The position numbers were made by a program, and so were the translations under genes. A DNA stretch of 64,000 nt from Azolla caroliniana (taxonomy: Eukaryota; Plantae; Polypodiophyta). Shown here piece by piece: positions 14,001-28,893 of the stretch (its first letter is position 1; every line of letters starts with the position of its first letter). The notes beneath the pieces are model-generated. The model ran no database searches, was not told where the DNA came from, and saw only the letters and a list, made by a program, of their open reading frames with translations. The DNA is taken from positions 62,001 through 126,000 of the forward strand of contig JBHGNT010000054.1 of NCBI GenBank assembly GCA_043228905.1, given 5' to 3'.

Positions 14001-17000
14001 AACGAATATAGCCATGATATGGAATTGAAAAATCAAGATTTAAAAACTCTGGTCGAGAGACATAAAGAAAAAAGCAATTTTGAGGAAGGCGTAGACAAGA
14101 GCGCCTCACTGACTGAAAATGTTCCTAGATGGCTTGTGTGATATCGGATTTTGGTGTTTAAACCTGCGAATCGAAGGTAACGAATATAGCCATGATATGG
14201 AATTGAAAAATCAAGATTTAAAAACTCAGGTCCAGAGACATGAAGTAAAAAGCAAATTTAAGGAAGCCGTCGACAAGAGCGCCACAATGAATGAAAATGT
14301 TCCTAGATGGCTTGTGTGATATCGGATTTTGGTGTTTAAACCTGCGAATCGAAGGTAACGAATATAGCCATGATATGGAATTGAAAAATCAAGATTTAAA
14401 AACTCAGGTCCAGAGACATGAAGTAAAAAGCAAATTTAAGGAAGCCGTCGACAAGAGCGCCTCACTGACTAAAAATGTTCATAGATGGCTCGTGTGATAT
14501 CGGGTTTTGGTGTTTAAACATGCGAATTGAAGGTAACGAATATAGTCATGATATGGAATTGAAAAATCAAGATTTAAAAACTCAGGTCGAGAGACATAAA
14601 GTAAAAAGGAAATTTAAGGAAGGCGTCGACAAGAGCGCCTCAATGGATGAAAAGGTTCATAGATTCCTCGTGTGATATCGGATTTTGGTGTTTAAACATG
14701 CGAATCGAAGGTAACGAATCTAGCCATGATATGGAATTAAAAAATCAAGATTTTGAAACTCAAGTCAAGATACATGACGAAAACAGCAATTTTGAGGAAG
14801 GCGTAGACAAAAGCGCCTCACTGACTGAATATGTTCATAGATTCCTCGTGTGATATCGGATTTTGGTGTTTAAACATGCGAATCCAAGGTATCGAATCTA
14901 GCCATGATATGGAATTAAAAAATCAAGATTTTGAAACTCAAGCCAAGATACATGACGAAAACAAGAATTTTGAGGAAGGCGTAGACAAGAGCGCCTCACT
15001 GAGTAAAAATGTTCATAGATGGCTCGTGTGATATCGGATTTTGGTGTTTAAACATGTGAATCGAAGGTAACGAATATAGCAATGATATGGAATTAAAAAA
15101 TAAACATTTTGATACTCATATCGAGAGACATGAAGAAAAAAGCAATTTTGAGGTAGGCGTAGACAAGAGCGCCTCACTGACTAAAAATGTTCATAGATGG
15201 CTCGTGTGATATCGAATTTTGGTGTTTAAACATGCAAATCGAAGGTAACGAAACTAGCCATGATATCGACTTAAAAAATCAAGATTTTGCAACTCAGGTC
15301 GAGAGACATGAAGAAAAAAGCAATTTTGAGGAAGGCGTAGACAAGAGCGCCTCACTGACTGAAAATGTGCATAGATGGCTCGTGTGATATCGAATTTTGG
15401 TGTTTAAACATGCAAATCGAAGGTAACGAAACTAGCCATGATATTGAATTAAAAAATCAAGATTTTGCAACTCAGGTCGAGAGACATGAAGAAAAAAGCA
15501 ATTTTGAGGAAGGCGTAGACAAGAGCGCCTCACTGACTTAAAATGTTCATAGATGGCTTGTGTGATATCGGATTTTGGTGTATAAACATGCGAATCGAAG
15601 GTAACGAATATAGCCACGACATGGAATTGAAAAATCAAGATTTTGAAACTCAAGTCGAGAGACATGAAGAAAAAAGCAATTTTGAGGAAGGCGTAGACAA
15701 GAGCGCCTCACTGACTGAAAATGTTCATAGATGGCTCGTGTGATATCGGATTTTGGTGTTTAAACATGAAAATCGAAGGTAACGAATATAGCCATGATAT
15801 GGAATTGAAAAATCAAGATTTAAAAACTCTGGTCGAGAGACATAAAGAAAAAAGCAATTTTGAGGAAGGCGTAGACAAGAGCGCCTAACTGACTGAAAAT
15901 GTTCCTACATGGCTTGTGTGATATCGGATTTTGGTGTTTAAACATGCGAATCGAAGGTAACGAATAAAGCCATGATATGGAATTGAAAAATCAAGATTTA
16001 AAAACTCAGGTCCAGAGACATAAAGAGAAAAGCAAATTTGAGGAAGGCGTAGACAAGAGCGCCTCACTGAATGAAAATGTTCATAGATGGCTTGTGTGAT
16101 ATCGGATTTTGGTGTTTAAACATGCGAATCGAAGGTAACGAATATAGCCATGATATGGAATTGAAAAATCAAGATTTAAGAACTTTGGTCGAGAGACATG
16201 AAGTGAAAAGCAAATTTAAGGAAGGCATAGACAAGAGCGCCTCAATGGATGAAAATGTTCATAGATTCCTCGTGTGATATCGGATTTTGGTGTTTAAACA
16301 TGCGAATCGAAGGTAACGAATATAGCCATGATATAGAATTAAAAAAATCAAGATTTAAAAACTCAGGTCGAGAGACATAAAGTAAAAAGCAAATTTAAGG
16401 AAGGTGTCGACAAGAGCGCCACAATGAATGAAAATGCTCATAGATTGCTCGTGTGATATCGGATTTTGGTGTTTAAACATGCGAATCGAAGGTAACGAAT
16501 ATAGCCATGATATGGAATTGAAAAATCAAGATTTAAAAACTCTGGTCGAGAGACATGAAGTGAAAAGCAAATTTAAGGAAGGCGTAGACAAGAGCGCCTC
16601 AATGGATGAAAATGTTCATAGATTCCTCGTGTGATATCGGATTTTGGTGTTTAAACATGCGAATCGAAGGTAACGAATATAGCCATGATATGGAATTAAA
16701 AAATAAAGATTTTGAAACTCAGGTCGAGAGACATGAAGAAAAAAGCAATTTTGAGGAAGGCGTCGACAAGAGCGCCACAATGAATGAAAATGCTCATAGA
16801 TTGCTCGTGTGATATCGGATTTTGGTGTTTAAACATGCGAATCGAAGGTAACGAATCTAGCCATGATATGGAATTAAAAAATCAAGATTTTCAAACTCAA
16901 GTCGAGAGACATGAAGGAAAAAGCAAATTTGAGGAAGGCGTAGACAAGAGCGCCTCACTTACTAAAAATGTTCATAGATGGCTCGTGTGATATCGGATTT

Positions 17001-20000
17001 TGGTGTTTAAACATGCGAATCGAAGGTAACGAATCTAGCCATGATATGGAATTAAAAAATAAAGAATTTGATACTCATATCGAGAGACATGAAAAAAAAA
17101 GCAATTTTGAGGTAGGCGTAGACAAGAGCGCCTCACTGACTAAAAATGTTCATAGATGGCTCGTTTCATATCGGATTTTGGTGTTTAAACATGCAAATCG
17201 AAGGTAACGAAACTAGCCATGATATCGAATTAAAAAATCAAGATTTTGCAACTCAGGTCGAGAGACATGAAGAAAAAAGCAATTTTGAGGAAGGCGTAGA
17301 CAAGAGCGCCTCACTGACTGAAAATATTCCTAGATGGCTTGTGTGATATCGGATTTTGGTGTTTAAACATGCGAATCAAGGGAACGAATATAGCCATGAT
17401 ATAGAATTGAAAAATAAAGATTTAAAAACTCAGGTCGAGAGACATAAAGAAAAAAGCAATTTTGAGGAAGGCGTAGACAAGAGCGCCTCACTGACTGAAA
17501 ATGTTCCTAGATGGCTTGTGTGATATCGGATTTTGGTGTTTAAACCTGCGAATCGAAGGTAACGAATATAGCCATGATATGGAATTGAAAAATCAAGATT
17601 TAAAAACTCAGGTCCAGAGACATGAAGTAAAAAGCAAATTTAAGGAAGCCGTCGACAAGAGCGCCTCACTGACTAAAAATGTTCATAGATGGCTCGTGTG
17701 ATATCGGGTTTTGGTGTTTAAACATGCGAATTGAAGGTAACGAATATAGTCATGATATGGAATTGAAAAATCAAGATTTAAAAACTCAGGTCGAGAGACA
17801 TAAAGTAAAAAGGAAATTTAAGGAAGGCGTCGACAAGAGCGCCTCAATGGATGAAAAGGTTCATAGATTCCTCGTGTGATATCGGATTTTGGTGTTTAAA
17901 CATGCGAATCGAAGGTAACGAATCTAGCCATGATATGGAATTAAAAAATCAAGATTTTGAAACTCAAGTCAAGATACATGACGAAAACAGCAATTTTGAG
18001 GAAGGCGTAGACAAAAGCGCCTCACTGACTGAATATGTTCATAGATTCCTCGTGTGATATCGGATTTTGGTGTTTAAACATGCGAATCCAAGGTATCGAA
18101 TCTAGCCATGATATGGAATTAAAAAATCAAGATTTTGAAACTCAAGCCAAGATACATGACGAAAACAAGAATTTTGAGGAAGGCGTAGACAAGAGCGCCT
18201 CACTGAGTAAAAATGTTCATAGATGGCTCGTGTGATATCGGATTTTGGTGTTTAAACATGTGAATCGAAGGTAACGAATATAGCAATGATATGGAATTAA
18301 AAAATAAACATTTTGATACTCATATCGAGAGACATGAAGAAAAAAGCAATTTTGAGGTAGGCGTAGACAAGAGCGCCTCACTGACTAAAAATGTTCATAG
18401 ATGGCTCGTGTGATATCGAATTTTGGTGTTTAAACATGCAAATCGAAGGTAACGAAACTAGCCATGATATTGAATTAAAAAATCAAGATTTTGCAACTCA
18501 GGTCGAGAGACATGAAGAAAAAAGCAATTTTGAGGAAGGCGTAGACAAGACCGCCTCACTGACTGAAAATGTTCATAGATGGCTCGTGTGATATCGGATT
18601 TTGGTGTTTAAACATGAAAATCGAAGGTAACGAATATAGCCATGATATGGAATTGAAAAATCAAGATTTAAAAACTCTGGTCGAGAGACATAAAGAAAAA
18701 CGCAATTTTGAGGAAGGCGTAGACAAGAGCGCCTAACTGACTGAAAATGTTCCTACATGGCTTGTGTGATATCCGATTTTGGTGTTTAAACATGCGAATC
18801 GAAGGTAACGAATATAGCCATGATATGGAATTGAAAAATCAAGATTTAAAAACTCAGGTCGAGAGACATAAAGAAAAAAGCAATTTTGAGGAAGCCGTAG
18901 ACAAGAGCGCCTCACTGACTGAAAATGTTCATAGATGGCTTGTATGATATCGGATTTTGGTGTTTAAACCTGCGAATCGAAGGTAACGAATATAGCCATG
19001 ATATGGAATTGAAAAATCAACATTTAAAAACTCTGGTCGAGAGACATAAAGAAAAAAGCAATTTTGAGGAAGGCGTAGACAAGAGCGCCTCACTGACTGA
19101 AAATGTTCCTAGATGGCTTGTGTGATATCGGATTTTGGTGTTTAAACCTGCGAATCGAAGGTAACGAATATAGCCATGATATGGAATTGAAAAATCAAGA
19201 TTTAAAAACTCTGGTCGAGAGACATAAAGAAAAAAGCAATTTTGAGGAAGGCGTAGACAAGAGCGCCTCACTGACTGAAAATGTTCCTAGATGGCTTCTG
19301 TGATATCGGATTTTGGTGTTTAAACCTGCGAATCGAAGGTAACGAATATAGCCATGATATGGAATTGAAAAATCAAGATTTAAAAACTCAAGTCGAGAGA
19401 CATGAAAAAAAAAGCAATTTTGAGGAAGGCGTAGACAAGAGCGCCTCAATGAATGAAAATGTTCCTAGATGGCTTGTGTGATATCGGATTTTGGTGTTTA
19501 AACCTGCGAATCGAAGGTAACGAATATAGCCATGATATGGAATTGAAAAATCAAGATTTTGAAACTCAAGCCAAGATACATGACGAAAACAAGAATTTTG
19601 AGGAAGGCGTAGACAAGAGCGCCTCACTGAGTAAAAATGTTCATAGATGGCTCGTGTGATATCGGATTTTGGTGTTTAAACATGTGAATCGAAGGTAACG
19701 AATATAGCAATGATATGGAATTAAAAAATAAACATTTTGATACTCATATCGAGAGACATGAAGAAAAAAGCAATTTTGAGGTAGGCGTAGACAAGAGCGC
19801 CTCACTGACTAAAAATGTTCATAGATGGCTCGTGTGATATCGAATTTTGGTGTTTAAACATGCAAATCGAAGGTAACGAAACTAGCCATGATATCGAATT
19901 AAAAAATCAAGATTTTGCAACTCAGGTCGAGAGACATGAAGAAAAAAGCAATTTTGAGGAAGGCGTAGACAAGAGCGCCTCACTGACTGAATATGCTCAT

Positions 20001-23000
20001 AGATGGCTCGTGTGATATCGGATTTTGGTGTTTAAACATGCGAATCGAAGGTAACGAATATAGCCATGATATGGAATTGAAATATCAAGATTTAAAAACT
20101 CAGGTTGAGAGACATAAAGTAAAAAGCAAATTTAAGGAAGGCGTAGACAAGAGCGCCTAAATGAATGAAAATGTTCATAGATTCCTCGTGTGATATCGGA
20201 TTTTGGTTTTTAAACATGCGAATCGAAGGTAGCGAATATAGCCATGATATGGAATTGAAAAATCAACATTTAAAAACTCTGGTCGAGAGACATAAAGAAA
20301 AAAGCAATTTTGAGGAAGGCGTAGACAAGAGCGCCTCACTGACTGAAAATGTTCCTAGATGGCTTGTGTGATATCGGATTTTGGTGTTTAAACCTGCGAA
20401 TCGAAGGTAACGAATATAGCCATGATATGGAATTGAAAAATCAAGATTTAAAAACTCTGGTCGAGAGACATAAAGAAAAAAGCAATTTTGAGGAAGGCGT
20501 AGACAAGAGCGCCTCACTGACTGAAAATGTTCATAGATGGCTTGTATGATATCGGATTTTGGTGTTTAAACATGCGAATCGAAGGTAACGAAACTAGCCA
20601 TGATATGGAATTGGAAAATGAAGATTTAAAAACTCAGGTCCACAGACATGAAGTAAAAAGCAAATTTAAGGAAGCCGTCGACAAGAGCGCCACAATGAAT
20701 GAAAATGTTAATAGATTCCTCGTGTGATATCGGATGTTGGTGTTTAAACATGCGAATCGAAGGTAACGAAACTAGCCATGATATGGAATTCAAAAATCAA
20801 GATTTAAAAACTCTGGTCGAGAGACATAAAGAAAAAAGCAATTTTGAGGAAGGCGTAGACAAGAGCGCCTCACTGACTGAAAATGTTCCTAGATGGCTTC
20901 TGTGATATCGGATTTTGGTGTTTAAACCTGCGAATCGAAGGTAACGAATATAGCCATGATATGGAATTGAAAAATCAAGATTTAAAAACTCAAGTCGAGA
21001 GACATGAAAAAAAAAGCAATTTTGAGGAAGGCGTAGACAAGAGCGCCTCAATGAATGAAAATGTTCCTAGATGGCTTGTGTGATATCGGATTTTGGTGTT
21101 TAAACCTGCGAATCGAAGGTAACGAATATAGCCATGATATGGAATTGAAAAATCAAGATTTAAAAACTCTGGTCGAGAGACATAAAGAAAAAAGCAATTT
21201 TGAGGAAGGCGTAGACAAGAGCGCCTCACTGACTGAAAATGTTCCTAGATGGCTTGTGTGATATCGGATTTTGGTGTTTAAACCTGCGAATCGAAGGTAA
21301 CGAATATAGCCATGATATGGAATTGAAAAATCAAGATTTAAAAACTCAAGTCGAGAGACATGAAGAAAAAAGCAATTTTGAGGAAGGCGTAGACAAGAGC
21401 GCATCAATGAATGAAAATGTTCATAGATTCCTCGTGTGATATCGGATTTTGGTGTTTAAACATGCGAATCGAAGGTAACGAATATAGCCATGATATGGAA
21501 TTGAAAAATCACGATTTAAAAACTCAGGCCCAGAGACATAAAGTGAAAAGCAAATTTAAGGAAGGTGTCGACAAGAGTGCCACAATGAATGAAAACGCTC
21601 ATAGATTGCTCGTGTGATATCGGATTTTGGTGTTTAAACATGCGAATCGAAGGTAACGAATATAGCCATGATATGGAATTGAAAAAATCAAGATTTAAAA
21701 ACTCAGGTCGAGAGACATAAAGTAAAAAGCAAATTTAAGGAAGGTGTCGACAAGAGCGCCACAATGAATGAAAATGCTCATAGATTGCTCGTGTGATATC
21801 GGATTTTGGTGTTTAAACATGCGAATCGAAGGTAACGAATCTAGCCATGATATGGAATTAAAAAATCAAGATTTTCAAACTCAAGTCGAGAGACATGAAG
21901 GAAAAAGCAAATTTGAGGAAGGCGTAGACAAGAGCGCCTCACTTACTAAAAATGTTCATAGATGGCTCGTGTGATATCGGATTTTGGTGTTTAAACATGC
22001 AAATCGAAGGTAACGAAACTAGCCATGATATGGAATTAAAAAATCAAGATTTTCAAACTCAAGTCGAGAGACATGAAGGAAAAAGCAAATTTGAGGAAGG
22101 CGTAGACAAGAGCGCCTCACTGACTAAAAATGTTCATAGATGGCTCGTGTGATATCGGATTTTGGTGTTTAAACATGCGAATCGAAGGTAACGAATACAG
22201 CCATGATATGGAATTGAAAAATCAAGATTTAAAAACTCTGGTCGAGAGACATGAAGTGAAAAGCAAATTTAAGGAAGGCGTAGACAAGAGCGCCTCACTG
22301 ACTGAAAATGTTCCTAGATGGCTTGTGTGATATCGGATTTTGGTGTTTAAACATGCGAATCGAAGGTAACGAATATAGCCATGATATGGAATTGAAAAAT
22401 CAAGATTTAAAATCTCAGGTCCAGAGACATGAAGTAAAAAGCAAATTTAAGGAAGCCGTCGACAAGAGCGCCACAATGAATGAAAATGTTAATAGATTCC
22501 TCGTGTGATATCGGATTTTGGTGTTTAAACATGCGAATCGAAGGTAACGAAACTAGCCATGATATGGAATTAAAAAATCAAGATTTTGAAACTCAAGTCG
22601 AGAGACATGAAGGAAAAAGCCATTTTGAGGAAGGCGTAGACAAGAGCGCCTCAATGAATGAAAATGTTCATAGATTCCTCGTGTGATATCGGATTTTGGT
22701 GTTTAAACATGCGAATCGAAGGTAACGAAACTAGCCATGATATGGAATTAAAAAATCAAGATTTTGAAACTCAAGTCGAGAGACATGAAGGAAAAAGCCA
22801 TTTTGAGGAAGGCGTAGACAAGAGCGCCTCAATGACTGAATATGTTCATAGATGGCTCGTGTGATATCGGATTTTGGTGTTGAAACATGCGAATCGAAGG
22901 TAACGAATATAGCCATGATATGGAATTGAAAAATCAAGATTTAAAAACTCTGGTCGAGAGACATAAAGAAAAAAGCAATTTTGAGGAAGGCGTAGACAAG

Positions 23001-26000
23001 AGCGCCTCACTGACTGAAAATGTTCCTAGATGGCTTGTGTGATATCGGATTTTGGTGTTTAAACCTGCGAATCGAAGGTAACGAATATAGCCATGATATG
23101 GAATTGAAAAATCAAGATTTAAAAACTCAGGTCCAGAGACATGAAGTAAAAAGCAAATTTAAGGAAGCCGTCGACAAGAGCGCCACAATGAATGAAAATG
23201 TTCCTAGATGGCTTGTGTGATATCGGATTTTGGTGTTTAAACCTGCGAATCGAAGGTAACGAATATAGCCATGATATGGAATTGAAAAATCAAGATTTAA
23301 AAACTCAGGTCCAGAGACATGAAGTAAAAAGCAAATTTAAGGAAGCCGTCGACAAGAGCGCCTCACTGACTAAAAATGTTCATAGATGGCTCGTGTGATA
23401 TCGGGTTTTGGTGTTTAAACATGCGAATTGAAGGTAACGAATATAGTCATGATATGGAATTGAAAAATCAAGATTTAAAAACTCAGGTCGAGAGACATAA
23501 AGTAAAAAGGAAATTTAAGGAAGGCGTCGACAAGAGCGCCTCAATGGATGAAAAGGTTCATAGATTCCTCGTGTGATATCGGATTTTGGTGTTTAAACAT
23601 GCGAATCGAAGGTAACGAATCTAGCCATGATATGGAATTAAAAAATCAAGATTTTGAAACTCAAGTCAAGATACATGACGAAAACAGCAATTTTGAGGAA
23701 GGCGTAGACAAAAGCGCCTCACTGACTGAATATGTTCATAGATTCCTCGTGTGATATCGGATTTTGGTGTTTAAACATGCGAATCCAAGGTATCGAATCT
23801 AGCCATGATATGGAATTAAAAAATCAAGATTTTGAAACTCAAGCCAAGATACATGACGAAAACAAGAATTTTGAGGAAGGCGTAGACAAGAGCGCCTCAC
23901 TGAGTAAAAATGTTCATAGATGGCTCGTGTGATATCGGATTTTGGTGTTTAAACATGTGAATCGAAGGTAACGAATATAGCAATGATATGGAATTAAAAA
24001 ATAAACATTTTGATACTCATATCGAGAGACATGAAGAAAAAAGCAATTTTGAGGTAGGCGTAGACAAGAGCGCCTCACTGACTAAAAATGTTCATAGATA
24101 GCTCGTGTGATATCGAATTTTGGTGTTTAAACATGCAAATCGAAGGTAACGAAACTAGCCATGATATCGAATTAAAAAATCAAGATTTTGCAACTCAGGT
24201 CGAGAGACATGAAGAAAAAAGCAATTTTGAGGAAGGCGTAGACAAGAGCGCCTCACTGACTGAAAATGTGCATAGATGGCTCGTGTGATATCCAATTTTG
24301 GTGTTTAAACATGCAGATCGAAGGTAACGAAACTAGCCATGATATTGAATTAAAAAATCAAGATTTTGCAACTCAGGTCGAGAGACATGAAGAAAAAAGC
24401 AATTTTGAGGAAGGCGTAGACAAGAGCGCCTCACTGACTTAAAATGTTCATAGATGGCTTGTGTGATATCGGATTTTGGTGTATAAACATGCGAATCGAA
24501 GGTAACGAATATAGCCACGACATGGAATTGAAAAATCAAGATTTTGAAACTCAAGTCGAGAGACATGAAGAAAAAAGCAATTTTGAGGAAGGCGTAGACA
24601 AGACCGCCTCACTGACTGAAAATGTTCATAGATGGCTCGTGTGATATCGGATTTTGGTGTTTAAACATGAAAATCGAAGGTAACGAATATAGCCATGATA
24701 TGGAATTGAAAAATCAAGATTTAAAAACTCTGGTCGAGAGACATAAAGAAAAAAGCAATTTTGAGGAAGGCGTAGACAAGAGCGCCTAACTGACTGAAAA
24801 TGTTCCTACATGGCTTGTGTGATATCGGATTTTGGTGTTTAAACATGCGAATCGAAGGTAACGAATAAAGCCATGATATGGAATTGAAAAATCAAGATTT
24901 AAAAACTCAGGTCCAGAGACATAAAGAGAAAAGCAAATTTGAGGAAGGCGTAGACAAGAGCGCCTCACTGAATGAAAATGTTCATAGATGGCTTGTGTGA
25001 TATCGGATTTTGGTGTTTAAACATGCGAATCGAAGGTAACGAATATAGCCATGATATGGAATTGAAAAATCAAGATTTAAGAACTTTGGTCGAGAGACAT
25101 GAAGTGAAAAGCAAATTTAAGGAAGGCATAGACAAGAGCGCCTCAATGGATGAAAATGTTCATAGATTCCTCGTGTGATATCGGATTTTGGTGTTTAAAC
25201 ATGCGAATCGAAGGTAACGAATATAGCCATGATATAGAATTAAAAAAATCAAGATTTAAAAACTCAGGTCGAGAGACATAAAGTAAAAAGCAAATTTAAG
25301 GAAGGTGTCGACAAGAGCGCCACAATGAATGAAAATGCTCATAGATTGCTCGTGTGATATCGGATTTTGGTGTTTAAACATGCGAATCGAAGGTAACGAA
25401 TATAGCCATGATATGGAATTGAAAAATCAAGATTTAAAAACTCTGGTCGAGAGACATGAAGTGAAAAGCAAATTTAAGGAAGGCGTAGACAAGAGCGCCT
25501 CAATGGATGAAAATGTTCATAGATTCCTCGTGTGATATCGGATTTTGGTGTTTAAACATGCGAATCGAAGGTAACGAATATAGCCATGATATGGAATTAA
25601 AAAATAAAGATTTTGAAACTCAGGTCGAGAGACATGAAGAAAAAAGCAATTTTGAGGAAGGCGTCGACAAGAGCGCCACAATGAATGAAAATGCTCATAG
25701 ATTGCTCGTGTGATATCGGATTTTGGTGTTTAAACATGCGAATCGAAGGTAACGAATCTAGCCATGATATGGAATTAAAAAATCAAGATTTTCAAACTCA
25801 AGTCGAGAGACATGAAGGAAAAAGCAAATTTGAGGAAGGCGTAGACAAGAGCGCCTCACTTACTAAAAATGTTCATAGATGGCTCGTGTGATATCGGATT
25901 TTGGTGTTTAAACATGCGAATCGAAGGTAACGAATCTAGCCATGATATGGAATTAAAAAATAAAGAATTTGATACTCATATCGAGAGACATGAAAAAAAA

Positions 26001-28893
26001 AGCAATTTTGAGGTAGGCGTAGACAAGAGCGCCTCACTGACTAAAAATGTTCATAGATGGCTCGTTTCATATCGGATTTTGGTGTTTAAACATGCAAATC
26101 GAAGGTAACGAAACTAGCCATGATATCGAATTAAAAAATCAAGATTTTGCAACTCAGGTCGAGAGACATGAAGAAAAAAGCAATTTTGAGGAAGGCGTAG
26201 ACAAGAGCGCCTCACTGACTGAAAATATTCCTAGATGGCTTGTGTGATATCGGATTTTGGTGTTTAAACATGCGAATCGAAGGTAACGAATATAGCCATG
26301 ATATAGAATTGAAAAATAAAGATTTAAAAACTCAGGTCGAGAGACATAAAGAAAAAAGCAATTTTGAGGAAGGCGTAGACAAGAGCGCCTCACTGACTGA
26401 AAATGTTCCTAGATGGCTTGTGTGATATCGGATTTTGGTGTTTAAACCTGCGAATCGAAGGTAACGAATATAGCCATGATATGGAATTGAAAAATCAAGA
26501 TTTAAAAACTCAGGTCCAGAGACATGAAGTAAAAAGCAAATTTAAGGAAGCCGTCGACAAGAGCGCCTCACTGACTAAAAATGTTCATAGATGGCTCGTG
26601 TGATATCGGGTTTTGGTGTTTAAACATGCGAATTGAAGGTAACGAATATAGTCATGATATGGAATTGAAAAATCAAGATTTAAAAACTCAGGTCGAGAGA
26701 CATAAAGTAAAAAGGAAATTTAAGGAAGGCGTCGACAAGAGCGCCTCAATGGATGAAAAGGTTCATAGATTCCTCGTGTGATATCGGATTTTGGTGTTTA
26801 AACATGCGAATCGAAGGTAACGAATCTAGCCATGATATGGAATTAAAAAATCAAGATTTTGAAACTCAAGTCAAGATACATGACGAAAACAGCAATTTTG
26901 AGGAAGGCGTAGACAAAAGCGCCTCACTGACTGAATATGTTCATAGATTCCTCGTGTGATATCGGATTTTGGTGTTTAAACATGCGAATCCAAGGTATCG
27001 AATCTAGCCATGATATGGAATTAAAAAATCAAGATTTTGAAACTCAAGCCAAGATACATGACGAAAACAAGAATTTTGAGGAAGGCGTAGACAAGAGCGC
27101 CTCACTGAGTAAAAATGTTCATAGATGGCTCGTGTGATATCGGATTTTGGTGTTTAAACATGTGAAACGAAGGTAACGAATATAGCAATGATATGGAATT
27201 AAAAAATAAACATTTTGATACTCATATCGAGAGACATGAAGAAAAAAGCAATTTTGAGGTAGGCGTAGACAAGAGCGCCTCACTGACTAAAAATGTTCAT
27301 AGATGGCTCGTGTGATATCGAATTTTGGTGTTTAAACATGCAAATCGAAGGTAACGAAACTAGCCATGATATTGAATTAAAAAATCAAGATTTTGCAACT
27401 CAGGTCGAGAGACATGAAGAAAAAAGCAATTTTGAGGAAGGCGTAGACAAGACCGCCTCACTGACTGAAAATGTTCATAGATGGCTCGTGTGATATCGGA
27501 TTTTGGTGTTTAAACATGAAAATCGAAGGTAACGAATATAGCCATGATATGGAATTGAAAAATCAAGATTTAAAAACTCTGGTCGAGAGACATAAAGAAA
27601 AACGCAATTTTGAGGAAGGCGTAGACAAGAGCGCCTAACTGACTGAAAATGTTCCTACATGGCTTGTGTGATATCCGATTTTGGTGTTTAAACATGCGAA
27701 TCGAAGGTAACGAATATAGCCATGATATGGAATTGAAAAATCAAGATTTAAAAACTCAGGTCGAGAGACATAAAGAAAAAAGCAATTTTGAGGAAGCCGT
27801 AGACAAGAGCGCCTCACTGACTGAAAATGTTCATAGATGGCTTGTATGATATCGGATTTTGGTGTTTAAACCTGCGAATCGAAGGTAACGAATATAGCCA
27901 TGATATGGAATTGAAAAATCAACATTTAAAAACTCTGGTCGAGAGACATAAAGAAAAAAGCAATTTTGAGGAAGGCGTAGACAAGAGCGCCTCACTGACT
28001 GAAAATGTTCCTAGATGGCTTGTGTGATATCGGATTTTGGTGTTTAAACCTGCGAATCGAAGGTAACGAATATAGCCATGATATGGAATTGAAAAATCAA
28101 GATTTAAAAACTCTGGTCGAGAGACATAAAGAAAAAAGCAATTTTGAGGAAGGCGTAGACAAGAGCGCCTCACTGACTGAAAATGTTCCTAGATGGCTTC
28201 TGTGATATCGGATTTTGGTGTTTAAACCTGCGAATCGAAGGTAACGAATATAGCCATGATATGGAATTGAAAAATCAAGATTTAAAAACTCAAGTCGAGA
28301 GACATGAAAAAAAAAGCAATTTTGAGGAAGGCGTAGACAAGAGCGCCTCAATGAATGAAAATGTTCCTAGATGGCTTGTGTGATATCGGATTTTGGTGTT
28401 TAAACCTGCGAATCGAAGGTAACGAATATAGCCATGATATGGAATTGAAAAATCAAGATTTTGAAACTCAAGCCAAGATACATGACGAAAACAAGAATTT
28501 TGAGGAAGGCGTAGACAAGAGCGCCTCACTGAGTAAAAATGTTCATAGATGGCTCGTGTGATATCGGATTTTGGTGTTTAAACATGTGAATCGAAGGTAA
28601 CGAATATAGCAATGATATGGAATTAAAAAATAAACATTTTGATACTCATATCGAGAGACATGAAGAAAAAAGCAATTTTGAGGTAGGCGTAGACAAGAGC
28701 GCCTCACTGACTAAAAATGTTCATAGATGGCTCGTGTGATATCGAATTTTGGTGTTTAAACATGCAAATCGAAGGTAACGAAACTAGCCATGATATCGAA
28801 TTAAAAAATCAAGATTTTGCAACTCAGGTCGAGAGACATGAAGAAAAAAGCAATTTTGAGGAAGGCGTAGACAAGAGCGCCTCACTGACTGAA
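11064..28893. repeat. 50-monomer higher-order tandem duplication (8901/8902 bp), 2 copies
   Basis: Rare monomers recur at +8901 (11264/20165, 12867/21768, 16968/25869) and then +8902 (17501/26403, 19815/28717). Lengths fit 50x178 plus two 1-bp A insertions (about 12781 and 16341), minus a 1-bp deletion at about 17378 in copy 1 only. Confidence 0.93.

Noticed and set aside
17371-17390. Singleton 1-bp deletion plus substitution (gcgaatcaagggaacg) in 50-mer copy 1
   Set aside because: Seen once and absent from the paired copy near 26275; cannot be distinguished from a sequencing or consensus error. Used only for length bookkeeping.
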